Source of the DNA: Veleropilina oligotropha
Taxonomy: Eukaryota
Length of the DNA: 64,000 bases
Assembly (NCBI GenBank): GCA_048128005.1
Contig: JBEUKZ010000085.1
Location: forward strand, 186,001 to 250,000
Reading direction: 5' to 3'
The first letter of the stretch is position 1; each line of letters starts with the position of its first letter. Shown piece after piece: positions 42,686 through 52,400 of this stretch. Under the pieces are notes generated by a model. That model worked only from the letters and a program-made list of their open reading frames with translations, was not told the DNA's origin and did not search any database. The translations under genes and the position numbers were made by a program.

Positions 42686-45643
42686 TTACTGATTAGAAGA
42701 CCTCGGTCTAACAATAACCCTTTGTGCAGCAACGCACTGTAAGCTGCTCAGGCCATCAGCACCTGTTGAGTAGTCCCGCAGATAATGTTTGACAAACACA
42801 TTAGCGTTTTTCCAATATCCAGCCTGGAGTAACGCATTGATATTTAAATTATGTCGGAATGCTACAGACGCGGCAATTGCCCGGACTTCATGTGCGCGGA
42901 CCGATAAAATAGTTCGGTCGTCGTCATCACAACGGATGTAAACATCTCTCACAGTTTGTGAAATCCACCGCGAAACAGTTGTCCTCGTAATGTCGCGGGT
43001 GTAAGTAGGCAAATACGAAACGAATAAACGTAATTTCCCTGTCCGCATTTCACGGGTTCTGTCTAGGTAGAAGCGAAGCGCCCGTACCGGGCAATTGAGG
43101 CGGTCTGCATCGTGCCGTCCGACTAGCGTTAGCTTGGGAATAACAACATCAGGTGCGTCCTCGTTCGGCCGTTGGTTCTTGGCTAGAAAGCCAAGAATAG
43201 GACGCAGTATCACCGACCCGTCTGACTGGAATCGTATATCTCTTAGCTCGGAGGAGAAAGCATGGATCTCGGAACAACGCCTGCCCGACGCTAAGGCGAT
43301 CAGAAAAACCGTTTTGTGCGTCAAGTTCCTCATGGTTATCTCGGACATCGGCTCATACGGGGGTAAGAGTAATGCGTTAAGAATAAGTACGATATTCCAG
43401 GCAGGTGGCTTAATTCTTCGGGTCGGTATCTCGAGTTCGTAAGATCGTATAAAATCTGATATCGTTCGGTCGCTTGATAGGCCAGCATGGGCACGACACT
43501 GCTTTAGCGTGGTCGCGATCGTTGCCCGATAGCCTTTGACGGCGGACACTGACATACCGCGGTCGAAGAGCGACGATAAACACTCGATAAACTTGTTCAC
43601 AGGGGGACGGAGTATATTGACCTGCCTGCTGTGACACCAATCCACGTACTTAACCCATCGGTAGTCATAGACTTTTGTAGTGGAAATCCTTCTCGATCGA
43701 TAGATACGTAAGGCTGTAGCTTTAGAAAATCCTTTCTTAGCAAGGGATCGTTCGATAACCGCCAGGCGTGTAAACGTAAGTGGTTCGGCGACTCGTGGAG
43801 TACACGGGAGCGTGGTTGCATTAACAGGTCTAGTTTCTGCGGTAACGCTAACGGTCGATCGACGATCAGATCGAGGAGGGTCGGAAACCAAGGTTGCGTG
43901 CGATACAGGGGCGCTATTAGCGTTATCTCGCAACGTTCGGTCGCTGCCTTCTGTAATACCAGTGATAGAATGCACGTCGGGGGGAAGGCATACGCGGACA
44001 GATTCTCCCATGTCATTGACATTGCGTCGACCGCTAGGGCGGCCGGGTCTGGGTACGGGGAGACATACAGAGGTAGTCGGTAATTGAATTCTGTTGCAAA
44101 CAAATCGACTTGGGGTTGCGACCACCGGCGGCAAACATCCCGAGCTACTCGGCTGTGTAGCGTCCACTCTGTGTGTATTATCTGTGATCTCCGAGAGAGC
44201 GAATCCGCTCTGACATTCAGCTTTCCCGGGATGTGTCGGGCTCGAATCGTCGAGTTGAGGGACATCACTAAGCGGTGTAGGTCTATTGCTCGGTCGCATA
44301 GGGGACGCGAGCGAGTACCGCCCTGGTGCTGTATGTAAGCGACGACAGTCGTGTTGTCCGTGGCGAGCATGATATGCTTGTTGCGGAGATGTAACGAGAG
44401 GGACCGTACTGACAGGAAGACGGCTTCTAACTCTAGGAAGTTGATATGTCGTCCCTGAAGGTCTGTCGGCCATAGGCCTGATGTCTCGTAACTGTCGAGG
44501 TGACCACCCCAGCCGTCGTTCGAAGCGTCTGTGAACAGGTAAGCGTTCGGCTCTGGTGGGGATATAGGAACCGACTGGTCCGGCAAAGCGGGGTTCAACC
44601 ACACTGCTGTCGTGTCGGTAAACCAATGCCGTAGATCGATGCGATCCGTCCACTGCCCCGTCCGTTGTATCCAGCGATCCCTGAACGCCTGTTGTAACGG
44701 TCTTTTGTCCATGCGACCCGTCGGTAGCAGGGGCGCTACCGACTCGATGTGCCCCAGGACAGTGGCCAGTTGTCGCGCCGTAGTTATGTCCGATGACAGG
44801 GTGTCTTGGATAACCGCGCGTAGGTTCCGCATACGCTTCTGGGTCGGCTTCGCGGTGTACCGGACCGTATCGAAGTCGACTCCGAGGAACGTAAACGTCG
44901 TCGAGGGCACGAAGCAGGATTTTGTCTCGTTGATCTGAAATCCCAGGCGCTTCGTCGATGACAGGGTAAAGCTCGTAGACCGGAGGCACAGATCCCGGGA
45001 CGCCCCGAGGATCAGCCAGTCGTCGAGGTACATATGTACCCTGTGCCCTAGAGAGTGTAGGAAGGCCCCTAGGGCCTGTACTGTTCTCGTGAAGACGTAC
45101 GGGGCTGACGATAGACCGAACGGTAGGCACCTGAATTGGTAGATCGTCTTCCCGTGTATAAACCGAAGGTACTGATGAGCCGTGACATGCATCGGGACAT
45201 GCAGATACGCGTCGGCGAGATCGATAGACGCTGCCCAGTCGCCCGGACGGATGGCCGCTCGAATCTTCGAGAGGGTTTCTTGCTGGAATTTCTCGGTACG
45301 AAGATATCGGTTTAGGTACGAGAGATCGAGGATCGGTCTCCAGCGGCCATCGGGTTTCGGGACCAGGAAGAAATGGCTGTAAAATCCTGGTGTGCTGGGC
45401 GGCGCGGGATATATCGCTCTTTTTAGGAGCAAATCCCGCACTGCCTGGTCTAAGACCGCTTGTTTCTCTCCGTTTAGGAGTCGAGCGTGTCTTGTTGGTG
45501 GTGCCTCGGTTAAGGTCGGATGCCGGTTGAATGCCAACTTGTATCCGGCACTCACGACTAAGTGGACCCAGTTGCTGTCTGTCAGCTCTAGCCAGGGCTG
45601 GCTGTGTGCTAACAGGCACGCTCCCACCGGCGGGAGCGGGCAA
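42686..45643 (-). CDS. DIRS tyrosine recombinase ORF (YR domain in the C-terminal ~330 aa; true start uncertain)
   Basis: SGRRCSEI (Arg), HEVR (HxxR), W...F..HY (catalytic Tyr). Confidence 0.88.
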   Translation of the reverse strand: MPAPAGGSVPVSTQPALARADRQQLGPLSRECRIQVGIQPASDLNRGTTNKTRSTPKRRETSGLRPGSAGFAPKKSDISRAAQHTRILQPFLPGPETRWPLETDPRSLVPKPISSYREIPARNPLEDSSGHPSGRLGSVYRSRRRVSACPDACHGSSVPSVYTREDDLPIQVPTVRSIVSPVRLHENSTGPRGLPTLSRAQGTYVPRRLADPRGVPGSVPPVYELYPVIDEAPGISDQRDKILLRALDDVYVPRSRLRYGPVHREADPEAYAEPTRGYPRHPVIGHNYGATTGHCPGAHRVGSAPATDGSHGQKTVTTGVQGSLDTTDGAVDGSHRSTALVYRHDSSVVEPRFAGPVGSYIPTRAERLPVHRRFERRLGWSPRQLRDIRPMADRPSGTTYQLPRVRSRLPVSTVPLVTSPQQAYHARHGQHDCRRLHTAPGRYSLASPMRPSNRPTPLSDVPQLDDSSPTHPGKAECQSGFALSEITDNTHRVDATQPSSSGCLPPVVATPSRFVCNRIQLPTTSVCLPVPRPGRPSGRRNVNDMGESVRVCLPPDVHSITGITEGSDRTLRDNANSAPVSHATLVSDPPRSDRRSTVSVTAETRPVNATTLPCTPRVAEPLTFTRLAVIERSLAKKGFSKATALRIYRSRRISTTKVYDYRWVKYVDWCHSRQVNILRPPVNKFIECLSSLFDRGMSVSAVKGYRATIATTLKQCRAHAGLSSDRTISDFIRSYELEIPTRRIKPPAWNIVLILNALLLPPYEPMSEITMRNLTHKTVFLIALASGRRCSEIHAFSSELRDIRFQSDGSVILRPILGFLAKNQRPNEDAPDVVIPKLTLVGRHDADRLNCPVRALRFYLDRTREMRTGKLRLFVSYLPTYTRDITRTTVSRWISQTVRDVYIRCDDDDRTILSVRAHEVRAIAASVAFRHNLNINALLQAGYWKNANVFVKHYLRDYSTGADGLSSLQCVAAQRVIVRPRSSNQ

Positions 45644-45879
45644 CTGGGGCCGTCGCGAATGCCGGCAGCCCTAGGGCCGAGGCTTCCCTCTCCCGCTCTG
45701 CTTGCGGGATTTCGTTGGAGGTGCTTGCCTCTTTGGAGTGGGTTTATTGGCCGGAGGCCTACCACCCGAAGAGGGCTTCGCACGCTTAGAAGGCTTCGGG
45801 GCCGGGGTGGGCCCGGAGCGCTTCTTCGAGTTGGCAGGTGGACCCCGGGTGGGGAGCAGTACTGCCTTCTCGATGGCAC
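43597..45879 (-). CDS. DIRS pol: reverse transcriptase, RNase H and methyltransferase-like domain
   Basis: WRPILDL, IDLADAY, LPFGLSSAP, YLDD; LFTDAS, HINFLELEAV, TDN; DLFA...YAFPP. Confidence 0.93.
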   Translation of the reverse strand: MPSRRQYCSPPGVHLPTRRSAPGPPRPRSLLSVRSPLRVVGLRPINPLQRGKHLQRNPASRAGEGSLGPRAAGIRDGPSCPLPPVGACLLAHSQPWLELTDSNWVHLVVSAGYKLAFNRHPTLTEAPPTRHARLLNGEKQAVLDQAVRDLLLKRAIYPAPPSTPGFYSHFFLVPKPDGRWRPILDLSYLNRYLRTEKFQQETLSKIRAAIRPGDWAASIDLADAYLHVPMHVTAHQYLRFIHGKTIYQFRCLPFGLSSAPYVFTRTVQALGAFLHSLGHRVHMYLDDWLILGASRDLCLRSTSFTLSSTKRLGFQINETKSCFVPSTTFTFLGVDFDTVRYTAKPTQKRMRNLRAVIQDTLSSDITTARQLATVLGHIESVAPLLPTGRMDKRPLQQAFRDRWIQRTGQWTDRIDLRHWFTDTTAVWLNPALPDQSVPISPPEPNAYLFTDASNDGWGGHLDSYETSGLWPTDLQGRHINFLELEAVFLSVRSLSLHLRNKHIMLATDNTTVVAYIQHQGGTRSRPLCDRAIDLHRLVMSLNSTIRARHIPGKLNVRADSLSRRSQIIHTEWTLHSRVARDVCRRWSQPQVDLFATEFNYRLPLYVSPYPDPAALAVDAMSMTWENLSAYAFPPTCILSLVLQKAATERCEITLIAPLYRTQPWFPTLLDLIVDRPLALPQKLDLLMQPRSRVLHESPNHLRLHAWRLSNDPLLRKDFLKLQPYVSIDREGFPLQKSMTTDGLSTWIGVTAGRSIYSVPL

Positions 45880-47920
45880 GGTCCTTCATGTCCGCCGCTC
45901 TCTTGTCAACAAACTCCGAAAAGTTGTCACCAAAGAGAGTGGTGGCCGAGCAAGGTACGCATCGCAACGAGCGCCGGGTGGGCTCGTCCAGCGGGGTACC
46001 TTCCAGGCAAGCATCCCTACGAAGTAGGAGGGCATTGCCCAGGACACGTCCCGTCTCCAACGCGCTGGTCTCCTGCGCGGCAGCAACCTCCTGGAGGAAG
46101 GACAGGGCAGCCTCGGTGGCGCCGGGTCCATTCTCCTGTAGTACGGCTATCGCGCCGTCCAAGAAAAAGTCCTGAACAGACGATAGCCGTAGAGCCCGTC
46201 GGGCGGCGCTCTCGAAAGCTTCCAAGGCGGACCAAGGAACTTTCGCTACGGAGGGAGTGTGACTGGCGGTCAGTCGACGCAACGAAGCGTCAACACGAGC
46301 CGGCTCAGTCGCCAGGCACGGACCAGTGCATTCGAACGGGATCGCTCGAGTACTGGCCCGGAGGTACCTCCCACTACGGAACCCCGAAGGGAACTCGTTC
46401 AGCGGGGAGGACTCCACCGGATTGCGCCCCTGAACGAGCTTGGTGATCGAGTCTACAACCAGATCTACCAGCCCGGACTGAGGTAAGGAGGGGAGCTCGG
46501 GGGCTTCCCTACTGACAAACCGATGTGCTGCCGTCCTATGCTTGGCTACGTCTACAGCCGACCGAGTCGGTTCCGACAAGCCAAGCACCCCGCGAAGTGA
46601 CGCAACGGCGTCGAGCCTTCGGCGGGTGGAGGAGGTCGGCTCCTGCGTGCCTGTAAGACTAATGTCTTCGGGCCCGACCGATTCAGGGAGGTCGGTGTGA
46701 TTGGAACCGAGGTCCTCGTCGGAACGAGGGTCGATGTCCATCACTGAGGCAGGAGCCGTGCTCTGCGCCATGGGCAGATGTGTAGGTACCTGGTGCGGCT
46801 CGGGAGCCGTCGGCCAGGCCTTACACCGTTCCTCGATCCCCGCCGCGATCCATGCCTGGACGTTCTCAAAAGAGAAACCCGAAGGCAGGACGGGCGACGA
46901 ACTAACAGCCGGTAGTTCTGTCGAGGTAACCGTGGCGCTAGGTAGACGGGCTGCATTGACAGGTCGAACCGAGGACCAGGGTCCACGGGCACTTGTCGAG
47001 GGGTCGAACCCGAAGGACTGGCCCGAAGGCACAGTCAGTGGGCCGGACGACCGATAGGACTGCGGCAACAGTTCTGATCGGTCTACCACTCTGCTCGAGC
47101 GAGGCACGGACGGAAAACCGCCGTAGAACCCCGTCCCGAACGCAGCCGGTCTGTCCACGTTCTCTAGCGTGACCACGGTGGGTGCACGGGAGAGACCGGG
47201 CCCTCTGAATGTCTCGTGAGCTTCGAGGTTGAGCGGAAAACCCCTAGGGGTAGTCGCATCGTTCTCGACCGAGGATTCAGGTTTCGCCGATTGTCCGAGT
47301 CTTAGACCTACAAGTAGGTGCCCGGCCTCTTTAAAGGCTTTCTCTGCATTGGGTCTGTCACCGTAGGAAGACGGTGAGTTTCCCGCAGAAGGACTAACTG
47401 TCCCCTTATTCTTCGAGGCCGAAGAAAAGGATGGGGATAGTCTGCCCTGTTCAGCTGTTCGCTGCGCTGTCATGTATACCTTGCTAGCCGGCAAGGTATG
47501 GCTGACTGCAGTTACTAGGCCCAGTTGAGGAGGAACGGTCGACACTCGGGTCTTTACCTGAATCTGGGGTACCGGCAAGGTTTCGGTGACTCCCCGAAGA
47601 GTCGCGGAGGTTTCGCCGGTGGATCCGGCGACAGACGTCCCCTTGTGTCGGCTGTCGTCCAGCGTCCCTGAAGCAGACAAGGAAGAAACATTATGTAACT
47701 TACCGGTCTCTTCCTGACCCTTCTCCGGGGGAGGACCCACCGTGGCAGCCGCCCTGGTCGACTTACCCTGGTGAGACAGGACTGCCCACTGCTTATCTGA
47801 TAGAAGAAAGCACAGATCACATTGATGTTGTATATTACAGTTACGGTGAATACGACATTCCTTGTGCCTATCAAATCCGTGAATTTTCTGGTTACACCCG
47901 GAGCTACTGCACCGGACCAT
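45671..47920 (-). CDS. DIRS gag-like ORF1
   Basis: N-terminal Cys/His finger (C..C...H..C..H..C...C..C), low-complexity middle, helical LRRD region, basic tail; upstream of pol. Confidence 0.82.
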   Translation of the reverse strand: MVRCSSSGCNQKIHGFDRHKECRIHRNCNIQHQCDLCFLLSDKQWAVLSHQGKSTRAAATVGPPPEKGQEETGKLHNVSSLSASGTLDDSRHKGTSVAGSTGETSATLRGVTETLPVPQIQVKTRVSTVPPQLGLVTAVSHTLPASKVYMTAQRTAEQGRLSPSFSSASKNKGTVSPSAGNSPSSYGDRPNAEKAFKEAGHLLVGLRLGQSAKPESSVENDATTPRGFPLNLEAHETFRGPGLSRAPTVVTLENVDRPAAFGTGFYGGFPSVPRSSRVVDRSELLPQSYRSSGPLTVPSGQSFGFDPSTSARGPWSSVRPVNAARLPSATVTSTELPAVSSSPVLPSGFSFENVQAWIAAGIEERCKAWPTAPEPHQVPTHLPMAQSTAPASVMDIDPRSDEDLGSNHTDLPESVGPEDISLTGTQEPTSSTRRRLDAVASLRGVLGLSEPTRSAVDVAKHRTAAHRFVSREAPELPSLPQSGLVDLVVDSITKLVQGRNPVESSPLNEFPSGFRSGRYLRASTRAIPFECTGPCLATEPARVDASLRRLTASHTPSVAKVPWSALEAFESAARRALRLSSVQDFFLDGAIAVLQENGPGATEAALSFLQEVAAAQETSALETGRVLGNALLLRRDACLEGTPLDEPTRRSLRCVPCSATTLFGDNFSEFVDKRAADMKDRAIEKAVLLPTRGPPANSKKRSGPTPAPKPSKRAKPSSGGRPPANKPTPKRQAPPTKSRKQSGRGKPRP

Positions 47921-49019
47921 AGCTAAATACACGGGCGGGTGGACATGGGTAGACGGGTAGGTAAATAGGTATATATATGGTAGTTGTGACTTCTTTCCTT
48001 GGATGGAGTACTACGACAACTCACAGAATTGTCCTGATCTGAAGATCAAAGATCAAGCGATATACCGTTAATAAGAACCCGAACTGGGAACACCGAGGTC
48101 GGGTATTTTACCCGACCGACCCGGTAACCCGGCAAATTGACTAAAACAATCGGTGGTTCTTTCCTCGAAAAAACCGCCCAGAAAACACCTGTAAACCTCG
48201 TGGATGTTTTTATGTTAGTACAATGGCGTATTATCCCAGCAACGGCAGGATATCAGAAAAAACGCGAGCGTGATATCAAAAGATCCTGCCTTTTAACAAC
48301 GCTAGAAATTTTTTATATAATAATAAATAACCAGCAAATAGCGTTGTTAAGGAATTATCCAATATAATGAGTTACCTGTTTGCAGTCTCAAACAATATCA
48401 GATAAATATACCGACCAGAAATTTCAGCTAAACTCGAAACTTTCCCTCTAAGCGGCCATTTTTAACAGCCACGGCGTCCTTGACGACGATGTCGGTTTCA
48501 CTTGATGTCCAGAACTTCCTCGAAGTTTTGAGAATCACTCTTCTTATATTCACTTGTGTTTTATATCCACAACACAGGGTTATATTCCACTACTTATAAT
48601 CGATATAAGTACAATACTGCGCCCAGATTTAACATGAAATCGGGCGCCTATTTCGAAATATTTGCGGAGCAAAACAACGTCTTTCCGCGGCAGCGGAAAA
48701 CTTTGAATTGATGTCATGTGACTTCTATGGTTCAGAAGTCTCGCGAGACTTGGCGAGGTCTCGCGGGGGAACGTGGTTGAGGAGGAGCAGGGGAGGTAAC
48801 CGTGGTACGTTTTTGCGTCTTTGACTTATTAATAGTGCATAACGTGACTTATTCACTGTTTCCGGTTTGGCAATAATATTACTATTATGGCAAGAGTAAG
48901 GACGTAAGTATGTTTGTAACTATATATATGCTAGGAAAGCCGGAAATGTGTTTGAGGACAGGGAATCCCCGAGCAGCTGTTATGTAAGTATGTAGTTCCC
49001 GCTGGTAGCGTGCAGTTGC

Positions 49020-49358
49020 ATGGCGATAAGTGTCCTATTAGACATTCCCACATCACAGGATATACCCACTGCAAAGGATACGATGAAGGGCACAGACACC
49101 TGTCACTGGCTTACTATAAGCTCCACAGAACTATGTGGTAAGAGTTGTCTGAAAGAGTTCTGTAAAGTCCACCTGGCTCGGCTACGGCGAAATGGCTGGG
49201 TCACAAAGCCCTGCATCAAATGCGGCAAAGGCGTCTTCAACCGGTTTACGTTGTGTAAGGGCTGTGGGTATAAGAGTGAGAACTCTATGGACTGGCAACG
49301 AAAGAAAAGTGCCTTCCGGAGAGAGTTTCTCCGCTTGGCTGCAATTTACCACACGTAA
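49020..49358 (+). CDS. Small Cys/His-rich (zinc-finger-like) viral protein
   Basis: C...C...C..H plus CxxC...CxxC; directly upstream of the replicase. Confidence 0.6.
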   Translation: MAISVLLDIPTSQDIPTAKDTMKGTDTCHWLTISSTELCGKSCLKEFCKVHLARLRRNGWVTKPCIKCGKGVFNRFTLCKGCGYKSENSMDWQRKKSAFRREFLRLAAIYHT

Positions 49359-49406
49359 ATTTCCTATTAGAGAAGTAAAGATCTTAGTGTATGCCCGCCC
49401 GGCAAC

Positions 49407-52400
49407 ATGTCGACTATGGATGACTATATAGACCAACTGCTCGCAGACATGCAGGCATCTGAAACTCTCCGGGACGTGGTTCAGAATATTCTAGACGAAC
49501 CAATCCCGGAAGACGTGAAGGAGCGCTTGTTGAAGCCTCTGGTCCCATCCAAGGATCCCCAAACGGAGAGAAAGCGGAAAGCCATTGTTGAGGAATTTGA
49601 CCCAATCCCCCTCTCCAAAAAGCCCCGGACAGCCCAGGACTACCAGAATGATCTACTAGGGCTGTTTACCACAACAGCGGGGCAACAATTCATCGACCTG
49701 GATGACCAGGCCCCTCCCCCTGTAAGGCTCCCAGCAAAAGAGCCGTGGGTGGAACTCTTGAACGACGCCAAAGACGAGTTTGAGGTCGATGGCGCCGCGG
49801 CGGCCTTCTCCACATGGAGGGTAGAAGTAGAGAACATCGAAGCGAGGGCTGGCCGGCTGGCCCTGGATGCCCGTATGACAGACGCGAGAGCGGCACAGCT
49901 CCTCACAGCCCTTCCCAAGGGTGAGTTTCTCCTGAGGATAAAGTTCTTGCGGGAGTGGGGTGAAGGCGACTGGGTGGTCGAAGACAAGTTTGACCCGGTG
50001 AAGGCTGCGAGGAAGAAGGGCCAGGGTGTCGTTGAGATCTCTCAGGACACTAAGCCAGGTGCTATCACTGGGGTCGACAAAGCCTACTACGAGAACGCCT
50101 ACCCGGTTACTGCAGTCGTCTACGGCCTCTACCCTCTCAGAGAACCAAACCCAGCCAACCTGGTTCCAATGAAGAACGGCGATCTCAACTGCGTTGCCCA
50201 GAGAGTGGTTGAGCACTTCGAAGGTGCCCTGAGAGGAAACGGACTCACCCCGATAAGGCGGCAGAAAATACAGGAGTGGGAGGCGCGAGTTCATGTAACA
50301 GGCGCCACTGTGGATGATATATCCATCCTCGAGAAGATACTGAAACGGGCGATCATCGTGCGAGACATCGCAGGTGCCGACATCTACAACAGTGGTAAAT
50401 ACCGCGGTCAAGGAAACCATACATTCAGACAAGTAGAACTCATCTGTCACAACGGCCACGCCTGGTCCAAGGACCTACACTTCCCGCAGTCTCGCGAGGT
50501 CAACATCTACGAGGGCGATGTCTGGGAAGCTATCCGACAAGCCACACGTAACGAGCCATTGGCTGTCTGGCTCCTTGGCGGTACAGACCGACAGCTCAAT
50601 GTGAACCAGTTCGTGCTTCAGGACGGCCGCACTTACCGGACAAAAGAGGCTCACGAGAGACTCCAAGAAGCCTGTAAGGCTCTGGGGGATGAGTCTCTCG
50701 CCGATCGAGCCTTTGGTGAGAACCATGCAGCTAGCATTATGGCCAAAGAGAACAACGGCTGGAGACCTACCCCAGCGGGCCTGCTCGATGATATCCAGAA
50801 GGCCTGCGTAGAGCATGGCCATGGTGGCCTGTGGAATTCCATGAACTACGATACGGGCGATGTCTGCTGCATCGACATGAAAGCCTGCTACCCTGCCAGC
50901 TTTCTGGGGAAGGGCGAGGCTAAGCCGTACTTCGAAAGATTCGGGCACCCAACCCACAGCATGACCCGGGTCGCAATTAACGGTCCTCTACCCCGAGAAA
51001 TCGGTACCGGGTTTGCCGAGGTCGTGGAATGGGAGTTCGCACAAGACATCCACCCCGTCATTCCCGCCTGGTTCGGAAAGCACTTTGCAGAGAATGGATG
51101 GGCCCCGACGCCTCTGCTCGCCTTCCTCATAGAATCTGGACTGCTAAAAAGCCTCAAGATCCGAGAAGCCATCATCGCGTTCAGAAAGCAAACCGATGTC
51201 TGGCTTCCTGAGAATCGTGACCAGGGATGCCGTATTATCGGCAAATTCACCCAAGGCGCCAAGGCTGACGGCAAAAGATTGACCCGTAGACTGGTGATTG
51301 ACCAGGGAGAGCTTGACTTCCTCGTAAGAGACACCCGCCAAAGCGGTACCCTGGTCGGCGCACCTCAGAGATGCCCTATGGGTCACATCCTCACATACTA
51401 TGATGGCTCCCAGCCTCAGTACGCCCACCTGAGGGCATCGATGCTGGCCTATGCCCACATAAGCCTCTTGAGCATGCTTCAGCGTTTCACCCCTGAGGAA
51501 GCTGTCCGAGTGGCCACTGACAGCATCTACCTCAAGAAGGCCTCGTTGGAGAAGCTTGACGATGTCACGGTGTACGTTGCCCCACAGCTCTGCGACTGTG
51601 GCGATAAATCGTGCATCTCCTGTCTGATCGGGGAGACGTACCTTCCGCCAGTAGCACCGGCCCAGTGGCGTGACAAGGGGGAACAGCTTTACCTGCCACA
51701 GGAACATGCCGCATACCTGCCCAAGCCAGAGTATTGTTGTGCCGCCAATTCCAGCCAGCCAAGCACCGCGCCTTGCTACAATGACACGCTGACCCACCAT
51801 CGCCTGAGTTACCTCAATGGTGGAGGGGGCTGTGGCAAGACTACGAGAGCGATCGAGCTCTTCCGGGCAAGGAATCCCATTGTATTCACGCCAACCCACC
51901 GCCTCGCTAAAGAGATGCGAACCAGAGGCGTCAAAGCCCAGACCTACCACAGTTTCTTCCGATGGAGCGGCCAGACTGACTGGACACCCGACCGCATGGG
52001 TCAGAAGTTCATCCCCCGCGTCATTATCTGGGACGAGGTCTGTACTGTTCCCCGGCCTATCCTCGAGATGTTCTTGGACTGGCTGGGCCACCACGAAGTT
52101 CAGGTTATCTGCTGTGGCGATCAGGGCCAGCCACCACCGATTACGGGCGAGATGCCGCACGATTGGCTGCGACAGACCGCGGACTACTATGAGGAGATCG
52201 AAGTAGACTACAGGGCGAAAGACGACCCTGCCCTCCAAGCCCTGAAAAGACGTATACGTCTCCAGCCCGACAAAATCCAGTGCGGGGATATGCGTAAGAG
52301 TCTCCCCAGCTGCCTTGGATGGGATCGGTTTGTCAACACCTGGAGGCCAGGCGACCTAATCCTCACCAGCCGTCAGAAGGTCCGCGAACGGGCTCAACAG

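Larger units (their letters stand above)
41449..48925 (-). mobile_element. Full-length DIRS1-type tyrosine recombinase retrotransposon (copy 1)
   Basis: 217 bp ITRs (41482-41698 / 48699-48915), ICR at 41760-41850 complementary to both ends, and gag, RT-RH-MT and YR ORFs. Confidence 0.95.
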
